From: Thermodesulfobacteriota bacterium
GTDB lineage: Bacteria > Desulfobacterota > Binatia > Bin18
Assembly (NCBI GenBank): GCA_964291405.2
Contig: OZ219926.1
Coordinates: 3,264,001 to 3,328,000 of the forward strand
Reading direction: 5' to 3'
DNA length: 64,000 bases
Position 1 is the stretch's first letter; every line of letters begins with the position of its first letter. This document shows, piece after piece, positions 9,847 to 19,483 of the stretch. The notes under the pieces are model-generated. The model had not been told where the DNA came from and did not search any database. It saw only the letters and a program-made list of their open reading frames with translations. The translations under genes and the position numbers were made by a program.

Positions 9847-10650
9847 TCAAGACGGGTTGCTTGGGAGTTGCTTCAGAACATCCAGCATCGCACTATGTAG
9901 ATGGCCATTTGAGGCCAGGGTTTGTTCGCCACGCAGATCGAGCGTCTGGCCGGAGAAATCGCTGGTCCGTCCCCCTGCCTCTTCGACAATCAACGAGCCT
10001 GCGGCAATATCCCACGGATAGAGACGCCATTCCCAAAAGGCATCGGCTCGACCGCACGCCACATAGCACAGGTCCAGCGCGGCCGACCCGCTCCGTCTTA
10101 CCCCCTGTGTGCGTAGCATAAAGGCTTCATAGTACTGCAGATAAAAAGTACTGTATTTGCGGCGGTCGTAGGGGAATCCGGTGAGCAGCAGGCTCTGGTC
10201 AAGCTGGGAGGCTGTGGAGACACGAATTGGATCCCCGTTGAGCTGCGCGCCCTTTCCTCGCTGCGCGCTAAATGTCTCATTCCGAACGGGGTCATGAACA
10301 ACACCGACGATGGCTGTCGATTCATGGGTCAGGGCCAGAGAGACGGCAAAGTGCGGGTAGGTATGCGCGAAGTTTGTGGTGCCATCCAAGGGGTCAATAT
10401 ACCAACAATATGGACTCTGAGGACCGGATTGAGCAGACTCCTCAGCGATAATGGTGTGTGTGGGGAAGTGAGTACGGAGCTGCTCAGTAATCAAACGGTC
10501 GGCCGCTCTGTCCACATTGGTGACCAGATCGACCATATCGGTTTTCACACTGACCTGTTTTGTTTTAAATCGGTTTTCCTGGAGCAACTCCCCGGCCTGC
10601 CGCGCGATAGCCTGCGCAACCTCCAGGGCGGCTGTCATCAAGTCGTGCAC
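9847..10650 (-). CDS. suhB: Inositol monophosphatase family protein SuhB
   Basis: DLVTNVD, AEE, WYIDPLDGTTNFAH, GSAALDLCYVACGR, PWDIAAG; start uncertain (GTG 10650 or ATG 10638). Confidence 0.9.
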   Translation of the reverse strand: MHDLMTAALEVAQAIARQAGELLQENRFKTKQVSVKTDMVDLVTNVDRAADRLITEQLRTHFPTHTIIAEESAQSGPQSPYCWYIDPLDGTTNFAHTYPHFAVSLALTHESTAIVGVVHDPVRNETFSAQRGKGAQLNGDPIRVSTASQLDQSLLLTGFPYDRRKYSTFYLQYYEAFMLRTQGVRRSGSAALDLCYVACGRADAFWEWRLYPWDIAAGSLIVEEAGGRTSDFSGQTLDLRGEQTLASNGHLHSAMLDVLKQLPSNPS

Positions 10651-10716
10651 ATTGGTATTGTGGCAAGTGGAACTTCGGTCTGCAAGGCCTTGGAGGACGC
10701 CGGACAAAGGAAAGCC

Positions 10717-11610
10717 ATGCGTGTTCTTGCTCCCGCAAAGGTTAATCTTTTCTTACGCATTATTGGCCAACGGCCCGATGGTTACCACTTGCTCGACTCC
10801 CTGATGGCTCCCGTCAGCCTGTACGACGAACTCGAAATTACAGCGGAGAGGATGGTGGGGACGGAGCCACACATCCGTGTGCGCTGTAACGACCCAATAA
10901 TTCCCACCGACCAATCAAATCTCGCCTATCGAGCAGCGGCCTTACTCTGCCAGGAAGCTGGTATCGGTGCACACATCACTATTACTTTGCACAAGAACAT
11001 CCCTGCTGGTGCGGGGCTCGGCGGCGGGAGCAGCGATGCCGCGGCTGTGCTGAAGGCGCTGAACCAAGCATTCTCACTCGGACTGAACACCGACCATTTG
11101 TGTCGGCTTGCCGCCCAGCTTGGTGCAGATATTCCTTTTTTTGTCCCGTGTCAGATGGCTCGTGTGGGTGGGATTGGGGAAGTCTTAACGCCGCTTCCAC
11201 CTCTTCCACAACGCTGGCTCGTCGTTGTGGTTCCGGGCTTTCCGGTTGCGACTCCGTGGGCGTATCAACATTTTGATGCGCTTCAGCCGGACTTGCCGGA
11301 GTCGCAGCACCATGCAATCGACCGAACTCCACCACTTGACACGCAGCAATGGCCGAGTGCTGCCTTCTTCATTAATGACCTTGAACGGGCGGTCCTGCCG
11401 GAGTACCCCCTGATTGCGGACAGAAAAAAACAACTCTCCGCCCTTGGTGCGGAAGTGGCCTTGATGTCTGGGAGCGGCTCCGCCGTCTTTGGCATCTTCA
11501 AGACCCAGGAGGCCGCCACGCACGCTGCGGCAGCTTTGGCTGGCTCGGAAAACGTATTTGTGGTGACGCTGCTGGAGGATGCTTCCACTCCGGTAACGGT
11601 TGATCTATAA
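10717..11610 (+). CDS. ispE: 4-diphosphocytidyl-2-C-methyl-D-erythritol kinase
   Basis: APAKVNLFLRI, GYHLLDS, KNIPAGAGLGGGSSDAA, LMSGSGS. Confidence 0.96.
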   Translation: MRVLAPAKVNLFLRIIGQRPDGYHLLDSLMAPVSLYDELEITAERMVGTEPHIRVRCNDPIIPTDQSNLAYRAAALLCQEAGIGAHITITLHKNIPAGAGLGGGSSDAAAVLKALNQAFSLGLNTDHLCRLAAQLGADIPFFVPCQMARVGGIGEVLTPLPPLPQRWLVVVVPGFPVATPWAYQHFDALQPDLPESQHHAIDRTPPLDTQQWPSAAFFINDLERAVLPEYPLIADRKKQLSALGAEVALMSGSGSAVFGIFKTQEAATHAAAALAGSENVFVVTLLEDASTPVTVDL

Positions 11611-11826
11611 CCGTAGGAGCAGGTAGACTTTTTTCGCGAAAGATGCTAATGGCTGTGGCCTCAAGGAAGTCTGGTGGATTCTATAATCCGCTGATTTCAT
11701 TAAACAATCAGATCGTTTAGAAGCTCGTCCAATACGGTCAGCAGTGATAGTGGTGGAATATCGACGTTCGAGAAGAAAAGAGAAACTGAGCGGCCGAGAG
11801 CCATACTACTATCACTGCCATCCTGG

Positions 11827-11900
11827 TGGGGAGTCGCCAAGTCAGGCAAGGCACCGGGTTTTGGTCCCGGCATTCGCAGGTTCGAATCCTGCCTCCCCAG
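11827..11900 (+). tRNA. tRNA-Gln(TTG), CCA not encoded
   Basis: Acceptor TGGGGAG/CTCCCCA, anticodon arm CCGGG-TT-TTG-GT-CCCGG, T-arm GCAGG-TTCGAAT-CCTGC; canonical position before prs. Confidence 0.96.
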
Positions 11901-11969
11901 TTCCCTCTCTTCCGGGCAGGAGCAGAAAATGACGCCGTTCATCCCCCTATCCATGTGAGACACACCGCC

Positions 11970-12935
11970 GTGCTAAAAATATTTTCCGGAAATTCAAATC
12001 GTCCGCTTGCGCAAGAAATATGTGCCTATTTGGGAACCTCGCTCGGTGCGGCCGATATCCGCACGTTCAGCGATGGCGAGATTGCGGTGGAGATCACCGA
12101 GAATGTGCGTGGCGGGGATATCTTTGTTGTCCAGTCAATCTGCACGCCAGGCAACGATAATCTAATGGAACTCCTGCTGATGATCGACGCCTTTAAGCGG
12201 GCGTCCGCTAACCGCATCACGGCCGTGATTCCGTACTACGGCTATGCTCGCCAGGATCGAAAGGTTGCGCCCCGGGTTCCTATTAGTGCCAAACTCGTCG
12301 CCGACCTGTTGACCGCGGCGGGAGCCTCACGGGTGCTCACGGCAGAACTCCATGCTGGACAAATCCAGGGATTTTTCAATATTCCGGTGGACAATCTTTT
12401 TTCCGCACCGGTGCTGTTGCCGTATCTGCGTTCCCGCATTGGCAGCGAACCGGTCAGTGTCGTATCCCCGGATGCCGGGGGCGTGGAGCGCGCACGTGCC
12501 TTTGCGAAGCGTCTGGGGGCCTCACTCGCCATTATCGATAAGCGTCGTGCGCAGGAGAACGAAAGTGAGATTGCAGGCAAGGCGAATCGGGATGTGATTG
12601 AAATGAATGTGATCGGTGAAGTCGATGGCCGTATCGCTATTCTCGTTGATGATATGGTGGACACCGCCGGAACGTTGACCACCGCGGCAAAAGGGCTTCA
12701 AGATGCTGGGGCGCAAGCGGTGATTGCTTGCTGTACGCATGCCGTGCTGTCTGGCCCGGCGATAGAGCGGGTGCGGGCGTCTGCTCTCGAAGAGTTGGTT
12801 GTCACGAATTCCATCCCCATTACGCCAGAGGCGCGGGAGACTGGAAAAGTCCACGTCCTTTCACTTGCCACCTTGATCGGAGAGTCCATTCGCCGGATTC
12901 ACAATGAAGAATCCATTAGCTCATTGTTCGTGTAA
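11970..12935 (+). CDS. prs: Ribose-phosphate pyrophosphokinase
   Basis: [47 protein letters not shown]; GTG start 11970. Confidence 0.97.
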   Translation: MLKIFSGNSNRPLAQEICAYLGTSLGAADIRTFSDGEIAVEITENVRGGDIFVVQSICTPGNDNLMELLLMIDAFKRASANRITAVIPYYGYARQDRKVAPRVPISAKLVADLLTAAGASRVLTAELHAGQIQGFFNIPVDNLFSAPVLLPYLRSRIGSEPVSVVSPDAGGVERARAFAKRLGASLAIIDKRRAQENESEIAGKANRDVIEMNVIGEVDGRIAILVDDMVDTAGTLTTAAKGLQDAGAQAVIACCTHAVLSGPAIERVRASALEELVVTNSIPITPEARETGKVHVLSLATLIGESIRRIHNEESISSLFV

Positions 12936-12959
12936 GCTGTTGGATAGAGAAGGAAAACA

Positions 12960-13625
12960 ATGGAAACCATCAAACTGAGTGTTGAACAGCGACAAGAAAA
13001 AGGCAAAGGGGAAATGGGCCGACTCCGACGGAGTGGAAGAGTGCCCGGTGTCTTTTATGGCCCAGGAACAAGTACCGTTTCCGTCTGTGTTAATACACGG
13101 GAATTCCAATATAAGGTCGAAGGCTTAGAGGGGTCCCACCTGATTGAATTTCTTTCACAGACAACAGACCTCAATGGCAGAATTGCACTCCTCAAAGATG
13201 TTCAGCATCATCCTGTGACTACGGAACCGTTGCACATCGACTTCTATGAGATTGATGTCAAGGTGCCGATTCAGGTCGGTGTCCCCGTCCACCTTGTTGG
13301 CAAAGCGGAGGGCGTCACTGCTGGTGGGGTCTTACACTACTTCCGACGCGAGATCATGGTGGAATGCCTCCCGCTTGATATCCCTGAGAGTATTGAGATC
13401 GATGTGACGCCGCTTGAGATCAACGACGCTGTCCGGGTTGAGGATTTGCCATTACCGTCCGGCGTCTCAGCGCTTGAGGACGCTCAACTCATGCTTGCCT
13501 CTATCGCGGCTCCAACCGTGGAGGCAGAGACGGAGGAAGAAGAAGGAGCCGACGAAGCTCTAGCCGAGGATGGAGGGGCATCGGAAGCTGGAGAAACTCC
13601 GAGTGGGGAGACTCCGACTGAGTGA
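12960..13625 (+). CDS. rplY: 50S ribosomal protein L25/Ctc
   Basis: RLRRSGRVPGVFYG, QHHPVT...HIDFY, long Ctc form with acidic tail. Confidence 0.95.
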   Translation: METIKLSVEQRQEKGKGEMGRLRRSGRVPGVFYGPGTSTVSVCVNTREFQYKVEGLEGSHLIEFLSQTTDLNGRIALLKDVQHHPVTTEPLHIDFYEIDVKVPIQVGVPVHLVGKAEGVTAGGVLHYFRREIMVECLPLDIPESIEIDVTPLEINDAVRVEDLPLPSGVSALEDAQLMLASIAAPTVEAETEEEEGADEALAEDGGASEAGETPSGETPTE

Positions 13626-13677
13626 TGGGAGGCTGTTGCCGCAGATACGACGAATGTGGCACTCCTCGTATAGGCTT

Positions 13678-14280
13678 ATGTCTGCGATCATTGGGCTCGG
13701 AAACCCCGGTCGGGACTACGAAAAAACTCGTCATAACATCGGCTTTTGGGTCATTGATATCCTAGCGGAACGATGGGGGACCAGTTTGTCTCAGTCGATA
13801 TGCTCCTCCCGAGTGGCTTGGACGTGCTGGAACGGGAGAAAGGTCGGCCTTGTTCAGCCACAGACCTTTATGAATCACAGTGGACTAGCGGTTGGGTGCG
13901 TGTGTGAAAAATATCAATTGCAGCCGATGGATTGTATCGTTGTGCACGATGACGTAGACATTCCGCTCGGCCACCTGCGTATTAAACGGACTGGTGGTTC
14001 AGGTGGACACCGCGGCGTAGCCTCGATTATGACCGCTCTGGACAGCCCGGACTTTATCCGCGTAAAGCTTGGAATTGGCCGTCCTGCTGCCGGGCTCGAT
14101 ACTGCCGACTTTGTGCTTCAGCCCTTTACTCAGGAGGAAGAAGCCTTTATCCTCCCGGCGGCACAACGCGCAGCGAGTGTGGTTGAGCGTATCCTTACGG
14201 ACGGGCTCGAGCAGGCTATGGCGTTGTGGAATGGCGCGGATTCTGCGACGCTCGCACACCCCGCGCAGGAGGAGCGCTAA
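13678..14280 (+). CDS. pth: Peptidyl-tRNA hydrolase
   Basis: IGLGNPG..Y..TRHNIGF, PQTFMNHSG, VHDDVD, GGHRG, GIGRP. Confidence 0.96.
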   Translation: MSAIIGLGNPGRDYEKTRHNIGFWVIDILAERWGTSLSQSICSSRVAWTCWNGRKVGLVQPQTFMNHSGLAVGCVCEKYQLQPMDCIVVHDDVDIPLGHLRIKRTGGSGGHRGVASIMTALDSPDFIRVKLGIGRPAAGLDTADFVLQPFTQEEEAFILPAAQRAASVVERILTDGLEQAMALWNGADSATLAHPAQEER

Positions 14281-14349
14281 AAAATTTCACCTCATCCGCC
14301 CAGCGTGAGAGGTGAACGAAGTATTGAGAGAGACCCATCGGAGGAGTTC

Positions 14350-14871
14350 ATGCCGATTTATGAAACAGTATGCATTCTCCACCCGGAACTTTCTGAGGCA
14401 CGGGTGAAGGATGTGATTGAAGGGATGCAAAAGACTCTGGAGCAGAGTCAGGCCAGTCTATTGCAGGTTGAAGAATGGGGGATGCGGAATTTAGCCTACG
14501 ATATTCAAAAGCAGAGACGTGGCTACTATGTGCGTTTAGAATACGAATCTCCTCCTCAAACGGTTAAGGATTTTGAGCGTGGCCTACGGCTGAGTGAAGA
14601 CACCATGCGCTTTTTGTCCGTTGCGCGCTCCGCTCCATCAGATGGACAGTCTCCCATTCCTCCGGGTGGCTTTACCGACCGCTCTACGGGTCATCCACCT
14701 GAGGCGAGTACGAAGCCCATGTCGGCGGAGGCCCATCCTGCCCCGAGTGCTCCTGCAGAAAACGCAGAATCGGTGGAGACTGAAGTGCAAGCGGAGGCTC
14801 CAGCCGAGTCGGAAAGCGCCGAGACGGTCGAGACGCGGCCCGATTCGGAGGGAGAGACGAACGAGGAGTGA
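14350..14871 (+). CDS. rpsF: 30S ribosomal protein S6 with long Pro/acidic tail
   Basis: YETVCILHP, EWGMRNLAYDIQK..RGYY; GAGGAG SD before ATG 14350. Confidence 0.95.
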   Translation: MPIYETVCILHPELSEARVKDVIEGMQKTLEQSQASLLQVEEWGMRNLAYDIQKQRRGYYVRLEYESPPQTVKDFERGLRLSEDTMRFLSVARSAPSDGQSPIPPGGFTDRSTGHPPEASTKPMSAEAHPAPSAPAENAESVETEVQAEAPAESESAETVETRPDSEGETNEE

Positions 14872-15195
14872 GTGGCTTGCGTGCGGAAAGGCTATAATAA
14901 GGTTATTTTTGCTGGACAGATTGAGAACAGTCCGGAACTGCGGCGCACGCCACAGGGCGTAGCCATTGGAGCGTTTTCCCTGTGTGTGCCGAAAAGTCGA
15001 GCGCAAGAAGAGAATGTACTCGTTGACGTGGTTATCTTTCGGAGTCTTGCAGAAGAGTACTGCCCCCTGTTGACAGTTGGACGAACCGTCCTAGTAGAGG
15101 GGGTGCTTGCGCCATATCGGTGGCACAAAGTGGAAGGCGCAAGACAAAGAGCGTATGAGGTACACGCGACAACCATCCGCATTCTTGAGGAATAA
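14872..15195 (+). CDS. Single OB-fold ssDNA-binding protein without acidic tail (SSB/PriB-like)
   Basis: NKVIFAG...PELRRTPQG..I..FSL, G..VLVEG.L; lies between rpsF and rpsR; start may be GTG 14881. Confidence 0.8.
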   Translation: MACVRKGYNKVIFAGQIENSPELRRTPQGVAIGAFSLCVPKSRAQEENVLVDVVIFRSLAEEYCPLLTVGRTVLVEGVLAPYRWHKVEGARQRAYEVHATTIRILEE

Positions 15196-15245
15196 TGACT
15201 GAATACCGTTGCTCACGAGCGAAAGAAGAGTAGAGGGATAGAGCT

Positions 15246-15521
15246 ATGGCAAGACCACCCAGGGGAGGATTTCATCGACGAGGCGGCGATGACCGATACC
15301 CGCGACGTATGCGGCGCAAAGTCTGCCGTTTCTGTGTCGATAAACGTGATTCCATTGACTACAAAGAGACCGCTGTCCTCAAAGATTTTGTCACTGAGCG
15401 TGGCAAGATTATCCCAAGCCGCATCACTGGTACCTGTGTATGGCATCAGCGGAAACTGACCTTGGCAATTAAACAGGCGCGTGCGATAGCTTTACTCCCT
15501 TACGTAGCGGCACAGGTATAG
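15246..15521 (+). CDS. rpsR: 30S ribosomal protein S18 (Zn-binding form)
   Basis: [35 protein letters not shown]. Confidence 0.97.
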   Translation: MARPPRGGFHRRGGDDRYPRRMRRKVCRFCVDKRDSIDYKETAVLKDFVTERGKIIPSRITGTCVWHQRKLTLAIKQARAIALLPYVAAQV

Positions 15522-15588
15522 AGGGGTGTTCTTCAGGTCTGCCGTTTAGTTGCGTTTTCACAGTTGCTCCCATAGAGTAAGGGCTCAT

Positions 15589-16041
15589 ATGGAAATTATC
15601 TTACAAGAAGACGTCGAGAACCTGGGCGAAATTGGTGACATCGTCAAAGTCAAAGACGGCTACGCGCGAAACTACCTGCTCCCGCGTGGCCTAGCGCTGA
15701 CGGCCAGCCGACGCAATGTTCGTGTCTTAGAGCACCAGAAACGTCTGGTCGCAAAGAAAAGAGAACGCGCGCAGCAGAACGCCAATGCCGTCCGCGACCG
15801 GCTGTCCAGCCTCACCCTGTCCATCACGGCTCGTGCCGGAGAAGAGGAGAAGCTCTTTGGCTCCGTGACGAACATCGATATTGAAAAGGCGCTTCAGGCA
15901 CAAGACGTGACTATAGACCGACGGAAAATTATCCTTGCCGAGCCTATTAAACAGCTGGGTACCTATACCGTACCGATTCGCCTCAGTAGAGACGTTGAAG
16001 CGAGTGTCACCATTCAGGTCCGTCCGGAAAGCGTGGCGTAG
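15589..16041 (+). CDS. rplI: 50S ribosomal protein L9
   Basis: LGEIGDIVKVKDGYARNYLLPRG, KLFGSVT. Confidence 0.97.
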   Translation: MEIILQEDVENLGEIGDIVKVKDGYARNYLLPRGLALTASRRNVRVLEHQKRLVAKKRERAQQNANAVRDRLSSLTLSITARAGEEEKLFGSVTNIDIEKALQAQDVTIDRRKIILAEPIKQLGTYTVPIRLSRDVEASVTIQVRPESVA

Positions 16042-16049
16042 CCATTTTC

Positions 16050-16078
16050 TTGACACGCCATAGGAAAGTTGGTACGCA
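16050..16078 (+). promoter_or_regulatory. Possible sigma70 promoter for tRNA-Val/thrS
   Basis: TTGACA (16050), 17-bp spacer with TG extension, weak -10 TACGCA. Confidence 0.4.
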
Positions 16079-16090
16079 CCAAGCGACTGA

Positions 16091-16144
16091 AAAGAGTGAA
16101 CGTGTTCTCCAATAGATATGAAGTGCTGAACACGTTTACTCTTT
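16091..16144 (+). repeat. 54-bp hairpin repeat family A, copy 1
   Basis: AAAGAGTGAACGTGTTC-TCCAATAGATATGAAGTGCT-GAACACGTTTACTCTTT. Confidence 0.92.
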
Positions 16145-16165
16145 TTGAACAGCGGAGCGACCTGC

Positions 16166-16237
16166 AGGCACGTAGCTCAGTGGGAGAGCACTTCCTTGAC
16201 GCGGAAGGGGTCGGCGGTTCAATCCCGCCCGTGCCTA
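16166..16237 (+). tRNA. tRNA-Val(GAC), CCA not encoded
   Basis: Acceptor AGGCACG/CGTGCCT, anticodon arm CTTCC-TT-GAC-GC-GGAAG, T-arm GGCGG-TTCAATC-CCGCC. Confidence 0.96.
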
Positions 16238-16316
16238 TGCCCCAGACTCTACGTACAACTCAGAATCTTATGACAACGAAGTAAAGCAACCCCCTCTGAA
16301 CAGGTGAATGAGGGGG

Positions 16317-16355
16317 AAAGAGGCATCGAAGATGGATGATGCCTCTTTTCTTTTT
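16317..16355 (+). terminator. Intrinsic terminator-like hairpin in the thrS leader
   Basis: AAAGAGGCATC / GATGCCTCTTT 11-bp stem followed by TCTTTTT, ending 3 nt before the thrS ATG. Confidence 0.65.
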
Positions 16356-16358
16356 CAT

Positions 16359-18269
16359 ATGAACGACATTGCTCAACATAGTACCTCCAGCCCCGGCGAG
16401 CGGCCCTCTGACAACAAGACGAATGCTGGTGTGCAAAAAGACTTGAGCCGGCGCTTCGCAAAAGCCATTGCCGCCCGTGTGGATGGAAAAGTCGTCGATG
16501 TGTCTTCCCCCTTGGTCACTGAAGAGGCTGAGCCCATCTTTCCCTTCCTCTCCTGAAGGACTTGAAGTCTTGCGCCATTCCACCGCCCACCTCATGGCGC
16601 AAGCGGTGAAACGCCTCTTTCCCGAAGTCCAAATCACGATCGGTCCGGTGATCGAAAGTGGATTCTACTACGACTTCAAGCATGATCGTGCCTTCACGCC
16701 GGAGGACTTGAAGCGCATCGAAGCGGAGATGCAGGCCATTGTCAAAGAAAACCTCCCGGTCAGCCGTGAAGAAGTGCCGCGCAATGACGCCGTTCGCTTT
16801 TTCACCCAGATGGGCGAAGCCTACAAGGCTGAAATTATCGCCGGCATCCCGGAGGATGAGGTCGTCTCGCTTTACCGGCAGGGCGAGTTTGTTGACCTGT
16901 GTCGTGGCCCACACGTCCCGTCAACTGGCAGCATCCCGACCTTTAAACTCACCAGCGTGGCTGGCGCGTATTGGCGGGGAGACGAAAAGAACGAGATGCT
17001 CCAACGCATCTACGGGACGGCCTTTGCCACGCCAAAAGAACTCCGCCAACATCTCGCATTGCTTGAGGAAGCCAAGCGGCGTGACCATCGTCGCCTGGGC
17101 AAAGAGCTCGATCTGTTCAGCTTTAATCCGGTTGCACCCGGTAGCCCGTTTTTTCACCCCAAAGGGGCCTTGATCTATAATGAACTGGTCTCATATATGC
17201 GCGGGCTCTACCAGCGCTATGGCTACCAGGAAGTGCTGACACCGCAGATCTTTGATGTTGATCTCTGGCACCGTTCCGGCCACTACGAGAACTACAAGGA
17301 AAATATCTTTTTTACTGAGGTGGAGGGGCGCGATTTTGGGGTCAAGCCCATGAATTGCCCCGGTCATACCTATATCTATGCGGCAAAGAAGCACTCCTAC
17401 CGGGACCTGCCGCTGCGCTATGCGGACTTTGCCCGCCTGCACCGCTTCGAGCGTTCGGGCGTTTTGGCTGGTTTGACCCGGGTGCGTTCATTCTCTCAGG
17501 ATGATGCTCATATTTTTTGTACCCCGGAACAAATCGAAAGTGAAGTCAGCGGCGTTCTGCGCATGATTAATGAAGTGTATCGGACTTTTGGCTTTGAGGA
17601 GGTGCATTTCTATCTTGCGACGCGGCCAGAAAAACGACTGGGCGACGATGCAACCTGGGAGCGAGCGGAAGCGGCCCTGGCTGGAGCCCTCGAAGCGAAT
17701 AAGATTACCTATGAGGTCAATGCCGCGGATGGTGCCTTTTATGGGCCCAAAATTGACTTTATCGTCCTCGATGCCTTACGGCGTGAATGGCAACTGGCAA
17801 CGATTCAGCTCGACTTTATGCTGCCCGAACGCTTTGATCTGAGCTATGTCACCGCCCACGGGGACGAAGCCCGGCCGGTGATGATCCATCGCGCGGTCCT
17901 CGGCTCCATCGAACGCTTTATGGGTGTCCTGATCGAACACTGTGGTGGGGATTTTCCGTTATGGCTGGCCCCAGTCCAGGTGAAGATTGTGACGGTCACA
18001 GATAATCAAGACGCGTATGCACGCCAGGTCGATGCCCAGCTCAGGCAGGCGGGGATTCGTTGCGAGCTGGACCTGCGAAACGAGAAGTTGGGCTATAAAA
18101 TCCGAGAAGCAGAAATGCAGAAAATTCCGTACACCGTCGTCATTGGGGATAAAGAGGTGCAAGCCGGGACCGTGGCCCCACGGGTGCGCAAGCGAGAAAA
18201 AGTCGCCCCGCTGTCCGTGCAGGCTCTGATTGAGCGCTTGAACCGTGAACGTATCCCGGGAGGTGCATC

Positions 18270-18273
<4 letters not shown>
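16359..18273 (+). CDS. thrS: Threonyl-tRNA synthetase, split by a +1 frameshift near 16542-16545
   Basis: Upstream frame encodes TGS-like KAIAARVDGKVVDVSSPL and stops at TGA 16556; +1 frame carries SPEGLEVLRHSTAHLMAQAV, DLCRGPH, KPMNCPGH, AFYGPKID, MIHRA. Confidence 0.93.
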
Positions 18274-18785
<512 letters not shown>

Positions 18786-18787
18786 CT

Positions 18788-18985
18788 ATGCCCAAAATTA
18801 AAACCCGCCGTGGGGCGGCAAAGCGGTTTAAGATCACAGGTAGCGGCAAGGTGCGCCGTCGCCACGCCTACCTGCGTCACATCCTGTCAACGAAAACCCG
18901 AAAACAGAAACGGAATCTCCGCCAGCCAGCGCTCGTTTCAGACTCCGAGGCCAAGGCGATCAAAAAACTGATTCCCTACTTATAG
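18788..18985 (+). CDS. rpmI: 50S ribosomal protein L35
   Basis: [21 protein letters not shown]. Confidence 0.97.
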   Translation: MPKIKTRRGAAKRFKITGSGKVRRRHAYLRHILSTKTRKQKRNLRQPALVSDSEAKAIKKLIPYL

Positions 18986-19039
18986 AAAGAGTAAATGTGT
19001 CCTCCAATAGATATGAGATGCTGGACACGTTTACTCTTT
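18986..19039 (+). repeat. 54-bp hairpin repeat family A, copy 2
   Basis: AAAGAGTAAATGTGTCC-TCCAATAGATATGAGATGCT-GGACACGTTTACTCTTT, directly after the rpmI stop. Confidence 0.93.
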
Positions 19040-19061
19040 GAGACGGAGAGGAGTAGTTCGT

Positions 19062-19418
19062 ATGCCACGCGCAAAACGCGGCTTTAAGGCACGCCGGCGC
19101 AGAAAGCGGATTCTCAAACTGGCCAAAGGATTTACCGGCGGCCGCCGTCAGTATCGTCAGGCGCGTGAAACTGTCGAGCGGGGGCTCGTCTATGCCTACC
19201 GCGACCGACGAAATAAGAAGCGTGAATTCCGGCGTTTATGGACGGTCCGGATTAATGCGGCCGCACGGCTGAATGGACTGAGTTATAGCCGATTCATGTA
19301 TGGTCTGTCTCAGGCTGGTGTCGAAATTGATCGAAAGATTTTGGCCGCCCTAGCCATGCAAGACCCACAGGCATTTGCCACAGTCACAGACGTGGCAAAG
19401 CAGCGTCTGGCAGCCTAG
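19062..19418 (+). CDS. rplT: 50S ribosomal protein L20
   Basis: [35 protein letters not shown]. Confidence 0.97.
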   Translation: MPRAKRGFKARRRRKRILKLAKGFTGGRRQYRQARETVERGLVYAYRDRRNKKREFRRLWTVRINAAARLNGLSYSRFMYGLSQAGVEIDRKILAALAMQDPQAFATVTDVAKQRLAA

Positions 19419-19483
19419 CGGGTTGCTTCGCCTTTTGTGTATTCGCTCTTGAATTGATGGGAAGGCCGCCGCTTGTATCGTCC

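Noticed and set aside
10294-10716. N-terminal extensions in the ORF track for ispE, prs, pheS, the TPR gene and others
   Set aside because: They overlap neighbouring genes or tRNAs; conserved motifs and SD sites point to downstream starts
11827-16237. tRNA genes as integration sites for a mobile element
   Set aside because: No duplicated tRNA 3' end noticed and no integrase in the window
16240-16358. T-box riboswitch upstream of thrS
   Set aside because: No TGGNACC T-box motif and too little room for Stem I
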